This document shows, in pieces, positions 1-12,201 of a stretch of DNA of 64,000 nt. Each line of letters begins with the position of its first letter. The first letter of the stretch is position 1. The translations under genes were made by a program, and so were the position numbers. The DNA is from Hyaloraphidium curvatum SAG 235-1 (lineage: Eukaryota; Fungi; Monoblepharomycota). The stretch spans positions 124,001 to 188,000 of the forward strand of contig JAIVFI010000043.1 in NCBI GenBank assembly GCA_025558095.1, written 5' to 3'. Below the pieces are notes generated by a model, which was given only the letters and a program-made list of their open reading frames with translations, was not told where the DNA came from and did not search any database.

Positions 1-6
1 CGGACT

Positions 7-1329
7 GTGCAGGAGCAGGTATTCTTGGGTCTGCACTACTCGGGGATGGGGCTTCTGTCATCGGAGAAGGTGGCCTCGGCGGCTTACCTGTCTTCACTCA
101 ACCTCACGGCGGGCCCCTTGGACGCCATGCTTGGTCTTCGAACCTCGGCCCGGGGTGTGGGCGTGGAGCACGTGCGGGAACTGGTTCCCGTCATCGAGGC
201 CCTCCGCCCCGCCTTTGAGCGTGTCGAGGATGACACGGCCGCAGCGTACGCCGAGGCTGCGCGTGCTGGGCAACCGGTGGGCGCCGCGCCCGCCCGCCGT
301 ACGCTCCCTGCGGACGCCAGTTTCTTCGCTCAGCCGGTCTGGCACGGCCTGCAGAGCGACCTTACGCGTCTCGAGGACCAGCGCCGCCTCGCGGCTCTGA
401 TTGCCTTGCAACCCGACACTTCCGCTGGTCTGGAGCGCCGCAAGCGGCTCGTCCAGGCGCAGGACGGCCTGTCGGCTTTCCTGACTGCCTCTCCCGCGCT
501 GCTTGCCAACCACATTCGCAACAACTTTTTCCGCTTACTTGTACGCTTCCGGCTTTGCCTCCCGCTCCTGCACGAGGCCGACTACCCTGGTCTTTCCTTG
601 CCCTGCCGGCGGGGCTGCAAGCGATCGGCCATGTCGCTGACGGGGGAGCACGCGTTCTCGGGCTGCTATGGCCGGGATCTCTTCAGTCCTGGTCACGACG
701 ACATTTGCGCGGCCATCCGCGCGGCGCTTCGCTCCATCCCGCTCCTCCGCGTGCACCCCATGCCGCCAAACCTCCTTGCGCATGGCTACGAGACTGTCAC
801 CCCGCCCACGCCTGCGGATGCTGGCCGCCTTGGCGACATTCTCATCACGCACCGCGAAACCCGGAAACGGTGGTTGCTCGAGATCAAGACCCTCACCTCT
901 ATGGCCCATTTGCACACGGGCCTGGTCTTCTCGGTCCCGGGCCACGCAGTCGAACGGCGGGTCGAGGCCGCCAGGAAGGACTACTCCCGTTTCGTCTTCA
1001 ACGCCAACTTCTACCCTCTGATCGTGCTTGCTTTTGATTCGTACAGCGCTGTCTCTGCCACTTTCTCGCGCTTCTCCTCGGAGATGGGGCGCATCCAGTA
1101 TCCCGGGATCGTCGGCCGCGATGGGCAGCCCGTGGACCTCGATGGCCTTTACTCTCGTTTTGTGCGGCGCTTCCGCGAACGGATCGCGGTGGCCTGGGCT
1201 CTTGGCGTCGCGGCCCAACTCCAACACTGGCTTCAGCTGTGCACCGAAGCCGCCGCTGTCAACGCTCCGGCCCCCGGGCCGGTCGCTTTTGGTTTGAATG
1301 TAGATGAGGAGCTGATTCTTGGGGCGTAG
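7..1329 (+). mobile_element. 3' part of an RLE-type non-LTR retrotransposon ORF (CRE-like clade): RT thumb, CCHC zinc knuckle, restriction-like endonuclease; RT core lies upstream of the window
   Basis: Intronless ORF running in from the window edge. LGLHYSGMGL (LPxxxGGLG thumb motif), CRRGC-x10-HAFSGC knuckle, GHDDI (RHD-like), GDILI...LLEIKT (PD-(D/E)xK), RKDY, LIVLAFDSY. Codon usage differs from host genes. Confidence 0.8.
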
Positions 1330-1471
1330 GGGGATTTCTAAGTGTACGGTGGCATTGCTAGCTCCTCATTACATATAGGCCGATTGCCAAGCTAGCCGGC
1401 GGTACTCACTTCACGTTCCAACGGCGTTTCTACGTGTAGTACGCGATCCAGCCCCTCCCTTCGAGGGCCCG

Positions 1472-3175
1472 ATGCAGGCCGCGGAGGCGGAGCCGGCGCC
1501 GCCCGGTGCCGGCAAGCCGCCCGCGCGCGCCGGGTTCTTTGCGCGCGCGGACGTCTCGGCGGCGTTCCCGCTGCCGCCGCCGCCGCCCGGGCCGTGGGAC
1601 CGCCGCGCCGCCGCGCCGCCGCCGGAGCCGTGCACGCCGGGCACCGTGCTGGCGGCCCTCGCGCCGCACCGCGCCCTGCGCATGCTCGCGGCGAGCCACC
1701 TGGCGCTGTGGCTGCTGCCGATCACGCTGCCCCTGCGCTATGCGGTCGCGGGCGTGGTGGCCGCCGCTTTCGGCGCGTCCATGCTGGCGTTCGGAGCGGA
1801 CGCGTTCGGACCGTCGCAACTCGTCGGCGGCTACGTGCTGGTGGCGGTTTACTGTGTCGCCTTCCCATTCGTGTGGTTCGTGGGCCAGGTCGCGCTGATA
1901 CGCCAGCGGCTGCGGCTGCGGCACCCGAAGAACTTTCCAACCTGGGTTGCAGCCGCGCGCGAAAGGCTGGCGGGGGTCTTTCACCCGTGGAGCCGGCGCA
2001 ACATCATCCAGAGCGTGATTCTAGAGCCGTACGCCATCGTGCCGGCCTGGGCGCGCTGCGTCCGGGACAGCGACCCCTCCGAAACCGCCTTAGGCCACGT
2101 TGAAGGCGACCCGGAATGCACGTGCGGCGCCCCGCGGTGCTCCGCCGCGCTTCTGGACGCCGTGGCCCTCAGCTGGACTTTCGATCTGGCCGCGCGGGGC
2201 ACCCTGAACGCGCTCACGTGGCTCTTTATCGGTTGGACGCCGCTTTTCTCGCTGCCGGAGGTCTGGACGCACGAGTGGAGCATCTTCCTGGGTTCCTCCT
2301 ACTGTGGGTGGAGTGAGGGGTCGGAACCGGACCCCGCCGGCGTCGGCTGACGCTTACTTCACTGACGCTTACTTCACCGGGGGCGACAGGTCTCGTGATA
2401 GCCCTTTTTGCCGTCGAGGCGTTCGCGTACCCGACGGTGGACCATATGCTGCTGAGGCTGGAGGGCCGCGTCCGCCGGAGGCTTGTGCGCCGCGCCCTCG
2501 CCGCCTTCCTGGACCGTGCCCGCCGCGCCGTCCTCGAAAGGGAGCCGTTCTCCGCCCCGCACGAGCTCTGGGGATCGACCGAGGAGCCCTATATGCAGCT
2601 CCACGCCGAGCTGCGGCCGCGGTGGCAGCAAGCCCTGCAGTCCAACATCCTTCCGTTCGTCTATCCCATCTTCCTCACGCTGGCGATGATCCTCATGGCC
2701 GCCAGCATCGTGGGTCAATCGGGTCACCCCCCTGGCGCTGCCCTCATCCTCCGCCCCCGCCCAGATCATCGGCGCCTGCATTCCGGCGTGGATCCTCGCC
2801 ATCCTCGCCCAGTTCGCCTACAACCTCCTCCGCGATCTCTGGCACGCCGCCCTCGCCAACGCCGAGATCGCCGCCATCGGCGAACTCTACTCCTCCGCGC
2901 TCACCGAAACCCGGGACCTCCTCGTTGCCGCGAGCCCCGCGTGGGACCCACCGCCGCCGCCCCTGCTGGGCACGCACCTCGTTGCCCACGCGGCCGCGCT
3001 GGAACGGTACGAAGGCGAGGCCCGCGCGCAGAGGCGCCGGTTCCTGGGCGTGGCCGTCGGGTTCGGATCGTTCAGGGGGCTGCTGGTGTCGCTCGCCACC
3101 GTCGCGTTCGCGGCGTGGGGGCTGCTGCGGGGCTTTGGCGTCCGGGCCGGGCTGGAGACCGTGTGCGCGGGCTGA
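1472..3175 (+). CDS. Multi-pass membrane protein, GRL/DUF3537(7TMIC)-like lineage family, copy 1 (3 exons; introns about 2304-2389 and 2713-2764)
   Basis: Spliced product has several TM segments, a DPECTCGAPRC motif, CIPAW...LLRDLWHAALANAEI and the C-terminus RFLGVAVGFGSFRGLLVSLATVAFAAWGLLRGFGVRAGLETVCAG*. Clearly homologous to the genes at 14214-15805 and 24745-25212. Confidence 0.7.
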
Positions 3176-3647
3176 TCGGGTGGGTCCCGTGGCACGCCCT
3201 GGAGCCCGTCGCCGCGAAGGTTTTTGGCAGGGAGGGAAACGGGATGCCCGGGGTATTTTGATCGGGCGGGGGCGGGGACGAAGGGGGAGCGGAATGCTGC
3301 TGGCGCACGGCGGTCGTGCGGCACGACGCGGCGCTGGCGGGCGTCGTGGATCGCCGCAGGCTGTTCCCAGCGAAGAACGTTCGGGCTTGGACGTTCCGTC
3401 CGATCGATTAGAGGGTCGAGGGCCGAGTTGTGGAGCTACAGACCGTCACGTGCTCCCGGAACCGAGAAGAAGCAGACTGTCCTCGCTTGCTGCTTGGGAC
3501 CGTTTCTGCAAGAAGCGATGCTATGTAGCTCATTTCACCTGCTTCCCCACGACATCCTTGCCTACATTTGATACATAGCTCTCTCCATCACCTCCCTCGA
3601 CATCCCTTGCCCATGGTCTTTGTCCATCCACGCTCCCAGCTTGAGGA

Positions 3648-4997
3648 TCACGCCGCCTCCTTGGCGGCCACGACGGCCGGTTCCACCGGTGCCACCTTGG
3701 CCTGGTTCATCTCCGTGTCCCCGTTGGCGGCCCCCGCGATCCGCTCGAGCCGCCTGCGGCCGTACTTGTCGCGGACGTACTTGTTCAGGAGCCAGAAGAG
3801 GCCCCAGCCGATGTTGAACATGACGAGGACGAGGATGTAGTAGGCTGCGTTGACGGGGTTGTTCCACGAGAGAAAGGAGTAGACCCTTCAGGTGGAGCGA
3901 TGAGATGGGAGCCCATCATCGGGCGCAGGTGACGGGCTTACCAGTAGCCCGAGCTGACGCTGCCGTCCGAGCCGGGCGGAGGCAGCGTGGCGTAGAACAC
4001 CCTGCGAAAGGAGGTGCGATCAGTACCCGACCATCGCTCCACGTCCCGCGAGACCCACCAAGCTAGGAACATGTACGACAACCCGATGGCGAGCAGCAGC
4101 ACCAGGTGCACCCACTGCAGCGAGCAGCGGTTGCAGAACCACCACTCGATCAGCGCGACCACGAACTCGAGCCCGTGCTCGGCAAACGAGAGGAACTGGA
4201 ACCCCTTGGCCAGGAGGGCCCAGTACACGACAGTGACGACGAAGTGGATCGGGGTCTGGATCGGGAGGAAGAGCTTCATGGTGATGGCGGCCCACGGGGG
4301 GAGGGTGCGGAAGTTGGGGTCCTTGGAGAGCACCTTGCGGAGGGAGAGGTAGGTCGCGACGAGGAGGAAGCCGGTCAGGGCGGTGTACTGCGTGCAGGGC
4401 GAGTCAGTGGGCGTCCTAGGCGAAAGCGGGGTAGACATCACAGTGATGTTCGCTGGAAGAGTTCCATGTCAGTGGGCATGGTAGAGCAGACCAGCGACGC
4501 AAAGGACCCACTGAAGTATGTCAAGAAGTAGGTCGGATTGGCCATGGTGACGCAGACGGCGATGAGGATGCCGACCTGCCCTGGAGGGGAATCGTGGAGC
4601 GTCAGCACGATGTCGGCAAGTCCCCACCCTTCCGTCCAGCCCCCCTCCCGTCCGAGGGCACCACCACCATGCCGCACAGCCCCATGGCCTTCATCTGGTC
4701 CCCTCTCAACCCCCAGAACCCCGACACGCACATGCCGTGATGAGGGTCCTCACAATCAGCACACCCTTGGGCCCCAACCACCAGCTGTTGACCAGCGGAT
4801 CCACGCCGTCTTCGTCCTGCACCACCTTGTCCCACCCGAGCCGGCGGGACACCTCGGCCTTCCACCCGTGGTGTTCGGCGGCCGGTTTCGCGTCTGAGGC
4901 GGGGAGCGCCGTCAGCTGCCGCGGCGGCGCGGAGGAGCGGGCAGAGCGTGCCTGCGGTGCCGTTGGCGGCGACGGCGACGGCGTCGGCGTCGGCCAT
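3648..4997 (-). CDS. Multi-exon integral membrane protein, rolling stone / FAR-17a-AIG1-like
   Basis: Exon pieces VNSWWLGPKGVLIVR, YFLTYF, HFVVTVVYWALL, FAEHG and WVYSFLSW, joined by GT-AG introns. Confidence 0.55.
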
Positions 4998-5469
4998 GGT
5001 GGGTTACGGAGCGGCGTACCGGTTGGGTTCGTGGGCGACACAGTTGACACAGTTGGATAGGGCAGGGACGTGCTGGACCCTGGGACGAGGGATTGCTGCG
5101 GCGTAACGGCGAGGTCATCATCTAGCGATCTCGGGGCGATTCCTGCAGACTACCTTCTTTGAAGGCCCCTATTGTTTGTTGAAGCAGTTGGAAAGGTGGG
5201 TCCGCTCCGAGGGGAGACAGCGGAACAGCGCCTTGGACAGATTGGATTCAAGGCAGGCACCACTTCCTGGAGCCCCAGAAAGGACACTCGGCCGTCAAAA
5301 CTGTCACGGTTTTGGCTCCGAGCCGATCAGCATTTCAGCTCAGGCCTCCGGATGCAAGCGCATTCCGATCTCAACTTGGGACCAGGACGCCCCCCCGGGG
5401 AGCGGACGGACATCGCCAGGCACTCGATCGGCTCAAGCTGGAGCACCGAGGCCAAGGATGGGACGCGGA

Positions 5470-7400
5470 CGAGGACGAGGACTCGGAGGCAAGCAGATGC
5501 TTTCATCGGGGTATAATCCAAATCAGACAGAGAATCAATGACAAAGATCTACGCGGCCGCCACCCTCTGCCGCCTCACTTTCCCGAACCACTTGGCCGGG
5601 TCGAACCTCCTCGCCCTGCGCTTCTCCTCGTGCACCGGTGCCGGCTCGGGCTCCGGCGCCGGAACGAGCACCGCGGCGACGGTCTCGACCGAAGCCATGC
5701 TCACGTCCGATCCCGCGCGCTCCACGCGGAGGGTGGCGTCGCTCTCGTCTCCCGACGACTCGGCGTCGGCAACGGCGTCCAGGGAGGCCAGGTAGGCCGG
5801 CAGGATGCGGGCGAGGTCAGCGTCGACGGCCTTGGCGGCGCGGCGGGCGTCGAACGCCGACGAGGGCAGCTTCGGGATCGCGGCGCCGGAGCGCACCGGT
5901 GCGCGCTCCACGGCCAGGTCCGCGAACCAGGGGTGCGCGAGCAGCGACTCGGCGGTGATCCTTCCCTCGTTGCGGGGGTCCAGCACCGCGGCGAGGAAGG
6001 CGTTGGCGGCCCCGCTGGCGCCCTCGACCGGCGCCGGCAGGCCCGAGGCGATCTCGGCCTGCAGCTCGAGCGGGTCCTCGTGGCGGAACGGGAAGTACCC
6101 CGTCAGCAGCCCGTGCGCGAGCACACCGACGGCGTGGAGGTCCGGGTGCCCGCCGCGGGGCGAGTACGGCCGGCGCTGGTTGACCAGGCGGAGCAGGCCG
6201 GGGCCGGCGTAGTTGATGCAGCCGACGGACTCGTCCAGCAGCGTGCGGTCGTCGAAGAAGGTGGCCAGGCCAAAGTCGATCAGGCTCAGGGTGCCCGTCG
6301 AGGCGTCCCAGAACACATTGTCCAGCTTCACGTCGCGGTGCAGCACGCCGTGGGCGTGGGAATGCCGCAGTGCCTCGAGCAGCTCGGCGACGATCACGCG
6401 GGCCTCGGCCTCGGGGAGCAGGCCGCCGGGCTGGTTGTTGACGTACGAAAACAGCTCCTCGCCGGGTGCGCGAGCCATCACGGCGTGCACGGCATCGCCG
6501 GAGCGGGCGACGTCCAGCAGCGGCGGGATGCTGCGGTGCGGCGGCAGGTGTGCGAGCACGCGGGCCTCGCGCAGGGCGAACAGCAGGTTGCGCGGGTTCG
6601 ACGTCGGCGTCGTCTTGGCCACCGCGGTGCCGCTCTTCCCCCTCGCCAGCCGCACCGCCGCGAACGCGCCCTCGCCGAGCACGCGGCCGGTCGCCCACTC
6701 GCCGGCGGCGCCGTGCAGGACGGGCCCGCTAAAATCCTCGGCGGGGGCGGCGGCCGGGGAGGGCGCGGGCAGCTTGGCCGCCGGCGCGCGCGCGTGGTCC
6801 TTCTCGTCGCAGAGCGTGCAGCTCGACGCGCGTTCCAAAATCACGGGCTTCATGGAGTCGATCATGTCGATGTTCGATGTACGGGTGGAGCGGACGAGCA
6901 ATGGCCGCGTTGTTATATCCGCTGCCGGATCAATGTCGAAACGACGGAACATCGTCGCAAGCGCTTACGCGGTTCCGGCCGGCCGGGGCTCTCACCAAAC
7001 ACCGAAACCAGCAAACCGATGCGACGACGCCGCCGCCTCCACGCCACGCCGGCACGCTCGTACTTGCCTCCAAAGATTATCCTGCGGTTCCGGGCGCGGA
7101 GCGTGCACGCGTTATGCAACCGGCGCTTCCGCTCGTGGTGGAGGCGACAGCGCTACTCGGGCGGATTTTCATTTTGCCGGGCGCATTCTCCCGCGGCTTC
7201 GAGGCTTCCGCCGCGGAAACCCAGGTTGTACCGCGGTGCGAACGACGGCCGCGGTGCCGTTCCGATGAGGAGTAAGAGGTGGGGGGCTCTCAAGGCGGAG
7301 GCGGGGCCGGACGGATTGGACCACGTGCTGGCGCGGAGGTGCTTCCCCACCGGGAGCGGACCGATCACTTGCGAACACTGATGAGTCAGCTCGAAGCGAA
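5470..7400 (-). repeat. Inverted segmental duplicate of 17900-19840 (kinase with UTRs and promoter)
   Basis: Near-identical kinase ORFs on opposite strands; 3' UTR (GCAAGCAGATGCTTTCATCGGG...) and promoter blocks also match. Ends approximate. Confidence 0.9.
5549..6865 (-). CDS. Ser/Thr protein kinase (CAMK-like), copy A
   Basis: GEGAFAAV, VAK, HRDVKLDN, DFG. Likely start MIDSMKP. Intronless. Confidence 0.85.
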   Translation of the reverse strand: MIDSMKPVILERASSCTLCDEKDHARAPAAKLPAPSPAAAPAEDFSGPVLHGAAGEWATGRVLGEGAFAAVRLARGKSGTAVAKTTPTSNPRNLLFALREARVLAHLPPHRSIPPLLDVARSGDAVHAVMARAPGEELFSYVNNQPGGLLPEAEARVIVAELLEALRHSHAHGVLHRDVKLDNVFWDASTGTLSLIDFGLATFFDDRTLLDESVGCINYAGPGLLRLVNQRRPYSPRGGHPDLHAVGVLAHGLLTGYFPFRHEDPLELQAEIASGLPAPVEGASGAANAFLAAVLDPRNEGRITAESLLAHPWFADLAVERAPVRSGAAIPKLPSSAFDARRAAKAVDADLARILPAYLASLDAVADAESSGDESDATLRVERAGSDVSMASVETVAAVLVPAPEPEPAPVHEEKRRARRFDPAKWFGKVRRQRVAAA

Positions 7401-7673
7401 GCCTGTGGATCCGAGCTCGTAGCCCGGTCCGTCCGCGGCCCTCGGGCGCTTTCATCGCATGCTGCGCCGGCCCCGCCATCCGCGTCCGCCGAAACCTCCT
7501 TCCGCAGGATGGAGCAAGCAAGGGGTGATCGGTCGGCGCAGTGGGGACAGGAGGTCGAAGCATGTCGGGACGGAGGCAATCAATCGCTAAATCGAATCGA
7601 CAAAGGTGTTCCCGCTCCCGGTCCTCCGTCCCCGATCGGACGTCCGTGATCCACCGGACCCACGCCGGCGAGA

Positions 7674-8905
7674 TCAGCACGTCTGCGACGGGGCGCGGGG
7701 GAAGGTGAAGGATGCGGCGGAGCGGCATGCCACCAGGAGGAGCTTGCCCTGGGCCTGTACGCCAACGTCCGATCAGCACCCAAGCAGGAAAAACAGGGCA
7801 GGATACCCACGTCGATCCCTATACAGCGCCCGTCCGAAGCCCGAAGGCGATACTGATTGGTGCTCGACGCGGAGGCGATCACCTGGAAGCGCTGCGTGGC
7901 CGGCCGGGTAGCCCTGTTTCGCGGCGCGATGGATCAGCCAGGGGCAGCGAAGGAGCCCGAATGGAGCTCACCAGTTCGGGGAGAGATCCCGAGCGGCGCG
8001 GTTGGCCTGGCACGTGGCAGCGTAGATGTAGGGGATCGCTGCGATCGGACCGTCAGCACCGCCCCCGCGGAACGCGGTGCGGGAAACCCACAGCCCTTGG
8101 TATCCACCGACAAGCACGTCTGCCCTCCCGACCTCGGACACCGCCGCAGGGTGATCGTGTCGCCCACGGCCACCCTGAGAGCCGGCGTGCCGTTGGTCCT
8201 GAAGGCCCGCCAGGTGGTGGCGCCCGAGGCGACGAGCGCGCACGCGCGGTCGCAGTCGTCGCGCCCAAAGCCTGCCGCGTGCGCGACGTCGTCCCGGCCT
8301 CGGTGGAGGTGGCCGGCGGCTCCGGGGCCGCCGTCGTCGGGATCGCCGCGGGGGAGGACGCCGTCTCGCTGGACGTCGACGGCGCCGGCGTCAGCGACGT
8401 GGAGGACGGGGTCTCTGCCTGCGAGGACGTGCTGGGCGTGGCCGTCGCGCTGGTGCTGGACGGGGTGAGGCTCGGCGTGGAGGTGCTGGGCGTTTCCGAG
8501 GTCTTCCGTCGAAAGGGATGGACGCCGCTAAGGAGGCCGCACGAAGGCGGCGCCGGATCGAAATCCCCACCGTGCTGGACGTCTGCGTCTTGCTGGTGGT
8601 CGATGACGTGAGGGTTTGCGAGGTGGTGGACGAGGTCCGGGTCTCGGAAGTCTGGAGGACAAGTTGGAACGGTCAGATCGGTGTACGGGTTCGTAGGCAG
8701 CGGATCGGGTTGGTCCCACCGTGCTGGGCGTCTGGGTCTCGCTGGTGGTCGATGATGTCAGCGTCAGCGTCGCGGTGGACGTGTCTGCGTCGCCGACGTC
8801 TGACGAGGAAAAAGTTGGATCAGTTCTTTTCGTGTATATTGTTCTGATCCTTCCCGGAACAGAGCTCCACCCACAGTGCTCGACGTGAGCGTTGCGCTGG
8901 TGGTG
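7674..8905 (-). pseudogene. 5'-truncated, frameshifted paralog of the S/T-stalk ricin-B-like lectin gene at 20395-24505
   Basis: Same C-terminal exons (RVAVGDTITLRRCPRSGGQTCLSVDTKG; YRLRASDGRCIGID). Only a few S/T exons, one of 80 nt (8720-8799, frame-breaking). No signal peptide or N-terminal domain seen. Confidence 0.7.
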
Positions 8906-9111
8906 GGGGGCGCGGGACATGCGGGGACCCGGTAGATGCCGGCACGGGAGCAAGACCGTAGCCTGTAGCGACCACGATGCAGCGGTTGCGGTCGCCATGC
9001 AGATCGCGTGCGTCCGCACCGGGCGGGGTCGGCATTGACCGGGTCCACGTGCAGCACGCCCGCCGCACTCGCGCCGCGCGCCATCGGCCAGCGAGAGTGA
9101 GAGTGCCCGCG

Positions 9112-10939
9112 ATGACGCCACCCGCCGACGGGCCGCCCGGCGAGGCGCACGATGCGCCGCGCGCGATCCTCGTCGTGTGCGCGAGCGTCGTCGCGGCGGT
9201 GCTGCTGTCGCACGCCGCCCACGCGCGCGGCGTGCGGTTCCTCGGCGAGGCGGCCGTCGCGGTGCTCGTCGGCGCGGCCGCCGGCTTCGGCGTCGTGCGC
9301 GCGGAGGGCGTCGGCGGCACCGTGGTGCTGCTCGACGCGGAGTTCTTCTCGGCAGCCATCCTGCCGCCAATCATCTTCGAGGCTGGCTTCTCCATAAACC
9401 GCGTGCTGTTCCGCCGCAACGCGCCCACCGTGCTCGTGCTGGCGTACCTGGGCCCCGCCGTGTCGTCGCTGCTTACCGCCGCGCTGGTCAGGCTGTTTGC
9501 CGGCCTCGCGGGCATGCACGTCTCCTTCGTCCAGGGTGGGCCAACTTGCTCCATTTATTGCGAGTCGCACCTGACGCCGCTTTTCAGCCCTCGTGTACGG
9601 CGCCGCCCTCTCGGCCACGGACCCCGTCTCGGTGCTCGCGGCCTTCAAGGACGCGCCCGTCTGGCCCGACCTCGACATGGTCATCTTTGGCGAGTCGGCG
9701 CTCAACGACGCCGTCGGCATCATCATGTTCCGCCTGTGCTCGCGCTTTGCCGAGCCCGACGCCGACGCGACCCCGGCCGGCGTGGCATGGGCCGTCGCCG
9801 ACAGCGCCGGGATCTTTGTCGCCGCCGCCGCCACGGGCATCGCGTATGCGTGGGCGGCCGCAGCCACCCTCAAGTACGTGCACCTGCGGGAACGGGGCCC
9901 GGGGACCGAGGCCCTGCTGGTCCTCACCCTGGCCTACATGTCCTACATCACCTCCGAGTTCTTTGGCCTCTCAGGCATCATCTCCATCCTCTTTTGCGGC
10001 GTTTCGGCCGACAAGTGGGTCCGCCCCAACCTCTCTTCCGGCGCCGCCGAGGGCACCGCCCTGGTCCTCCGCGTGCTCGCGCACTTCATGGAGACGGCGC
10101 TCTTCTGCTACCTCGGCCTCGCCCTGTTCGCCCTCCCCCCGGATTCCGCCACCCTCGACCCTGCCTTTTCCCTCGCCGTCTTCCTCGCCCTCCTCGCCTC
10201 CCGCCTGCACGTTTTCGCCCTCGTCCCGCTCTGCAACGCCCTGCTCCGCTCCCCGGGGAACCCGATCCGCCCCAACGAGGCCGCCTTCGCCTGGTTCGCC
10301 GGGCTGCGGGGCGGCATCGCGCTCGTGCTGTCGATGGCCATGGCCGCGGACGCGAACCTCGACGCGGGGTTCAGGCGGACGGCGATGGGCGCAACGCTGG
10401 TCGTCGTGGGGGGGTCGGTGCTGCTGCTGGGGGGGCTGTGCCCGTACGTGATGGATTGGCTGGGGGTGTGCGCGGATCCGGAGACGATTGATGTGGAGGG
10501 GAAGGGAGGTGAGGAGGAGCGGGGGACGGTGGGGTGGGCGGCGTGGCTAAACGGGAGGCTCGAGGCGATCGAGGAGAGGGTGCTGGTCCCTCTGCTCCTG
10601 CCGTCGGAGGGGGCCGGCGGGGACGGGGAACGGGAGGAGTTGGTCGCGGACGAGACGAGCCCCCTGCTCGGCGCCGCTTCGACGGACGGGATCGATGTGC
10701 CCAGGACGGAAGACACCGACGACGGCGGGCCGGCCTCCCCTGTGGTCGAGCGGCCGAGGCCGCCCCGGCGGGGCACGATCGACTACGAGATCGCGGGACT
10801 CTCGGCGAGCAGGCAGCAGTGGGAGGGGCAGGGGAGGAAGAAGGCAAAGAGGAGGAGGAAGAAGGCGCAGAGGGCTGCGGAGGCGCGGGGCGGGCAACCG
10901 CCAGACAGGGAGGCGGACGGTGGGGTGGAGGGCGTGTGA
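9112..10939 (+). CDS. Na+/H+ exchanger, CPA1 family (endosomal NHX/NHE-like); intron 9536-9587
   Basis: FFSAAILPPIIFEAGFS, LSATDPVSVLA, FGESALNDAVGI, WFAGLRGGIA. Confidence 0.9.
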
Positions 10940-12201
10940 CTTATAGCTTCCGAAAAAGACGCGGGTCGCAGTCCCGTCAGGGCCGATCCATGATGCAAGG
11001 AGGCTTCCACGCACGCGCCGCACCGCACTCCGCACGTCCGCGTGCGCCGGATCAGCGCTCCCCAAAGCGAACGTGGCCGCACACTTGAGACGGGCGCAGG
11101 CCGTGGGCGGATGCCCAAAAGTGGGAGGACCGCATAATCCCGACTCACTGTCGCCTTGGCAGACCCGGTCCGGTCTCGGTGGCGGCGGTCCGACGACTCC
11201 AACTGCACAAGCGCTAACAGTTATCCACTCCCGAGAATCATCGTCCAAATCCGCCACAGTTCCACCCGTCGAAAGGTCCAGGGAAGGGCACCGCCGAGGT
11301 ATCGGCGAGCGGCGGGGTAGGGAGGGAGCTCGTCAGAAGGGCAGTGGACAGACCGAGCTGGTGAAGTCGACGGAGGCCGCAGCTGCCGAGGGACCGGGTC
11401 AAGTGACGACTTGGCATTGGCAGATGCTGAACAGATGCGTGGTGGCAGAGTGGCATTGCGGCGTGACGTGATCGGAAGGGAGCGGGCGTCCATGCGGGAG
11501 CATTTTCTCCGAGCCTTTCCGGCCGATACGTCCTCAACCAAAGATCAAAGCAGCGGACCAGGCAGCAGGGCCATCACAGCTCAGCACCGAGCTCGATTGC
11601 CAGAGCTGTCGCCGTTCGCTTGCTTCGGCGATTACGTCTTGGAGGAAAGCGTACGCCATGGGACCGCAGCCCCTCGATCGGTGCACGCCTGTCAAGCCCA
11701 GAAGGCCGAGCACCAATCGTCGAGACTCTCGCATTCTGGCGGTGCGGCAAGGATGCCGCCCGGACGGAGGGCGCGCTCGGATGGTAATGATGCTGCATTG
11801 CCGCGATGCAGATCAGAGAAGGCGGCAGGGGGGACGACGGGTCGCGACGCGCGTCGCGGCAGGTTGTCTCACAGCGATCAAGGTGACGGATATGCGAATT
11901 CGAACGGTTAGGGCACGAAGCCAAGGAATGAGGAGTGCGCCGCCCCAAGAAGGAGTATTGTTGCTAGACACCCCCAAGGAGTGATGCCGTGCTGTAGGCC
12001 AGAGAGTCTGAAGCCGCACAATCTTTGCGCAGCCGCGCCCCCCGCCGGAGGCGGACTGACCGAGCCGGGCGGCCGGCAGGCCGCCCTGACGTCGCGGCGG
12101 CGCACCCCGAGGCCGGTGCCGTGGTTGGCGGTGCCCGGGAAGAAAATATAGGTTTGCCCGGGCGCAAGCCCGGGCTGCATCAACCAAAAGAGAGGCAGCA
12201 G

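Noticed and set aside
5312-7381. Long ORFs such as 5312-7381(+), 18038-20416(-) and 59142-61184(-)
   Set aside because: Antisense or shifted-frame shadows of real GC-rich genes; Arg/Pro/Ala-rich with no motifs.
10950-12200. 1.2-kb gap between the NHX gene and the tRNA, with several short ORFs
   Set aside because: No coherent exon structure, motif or repeat recognised.
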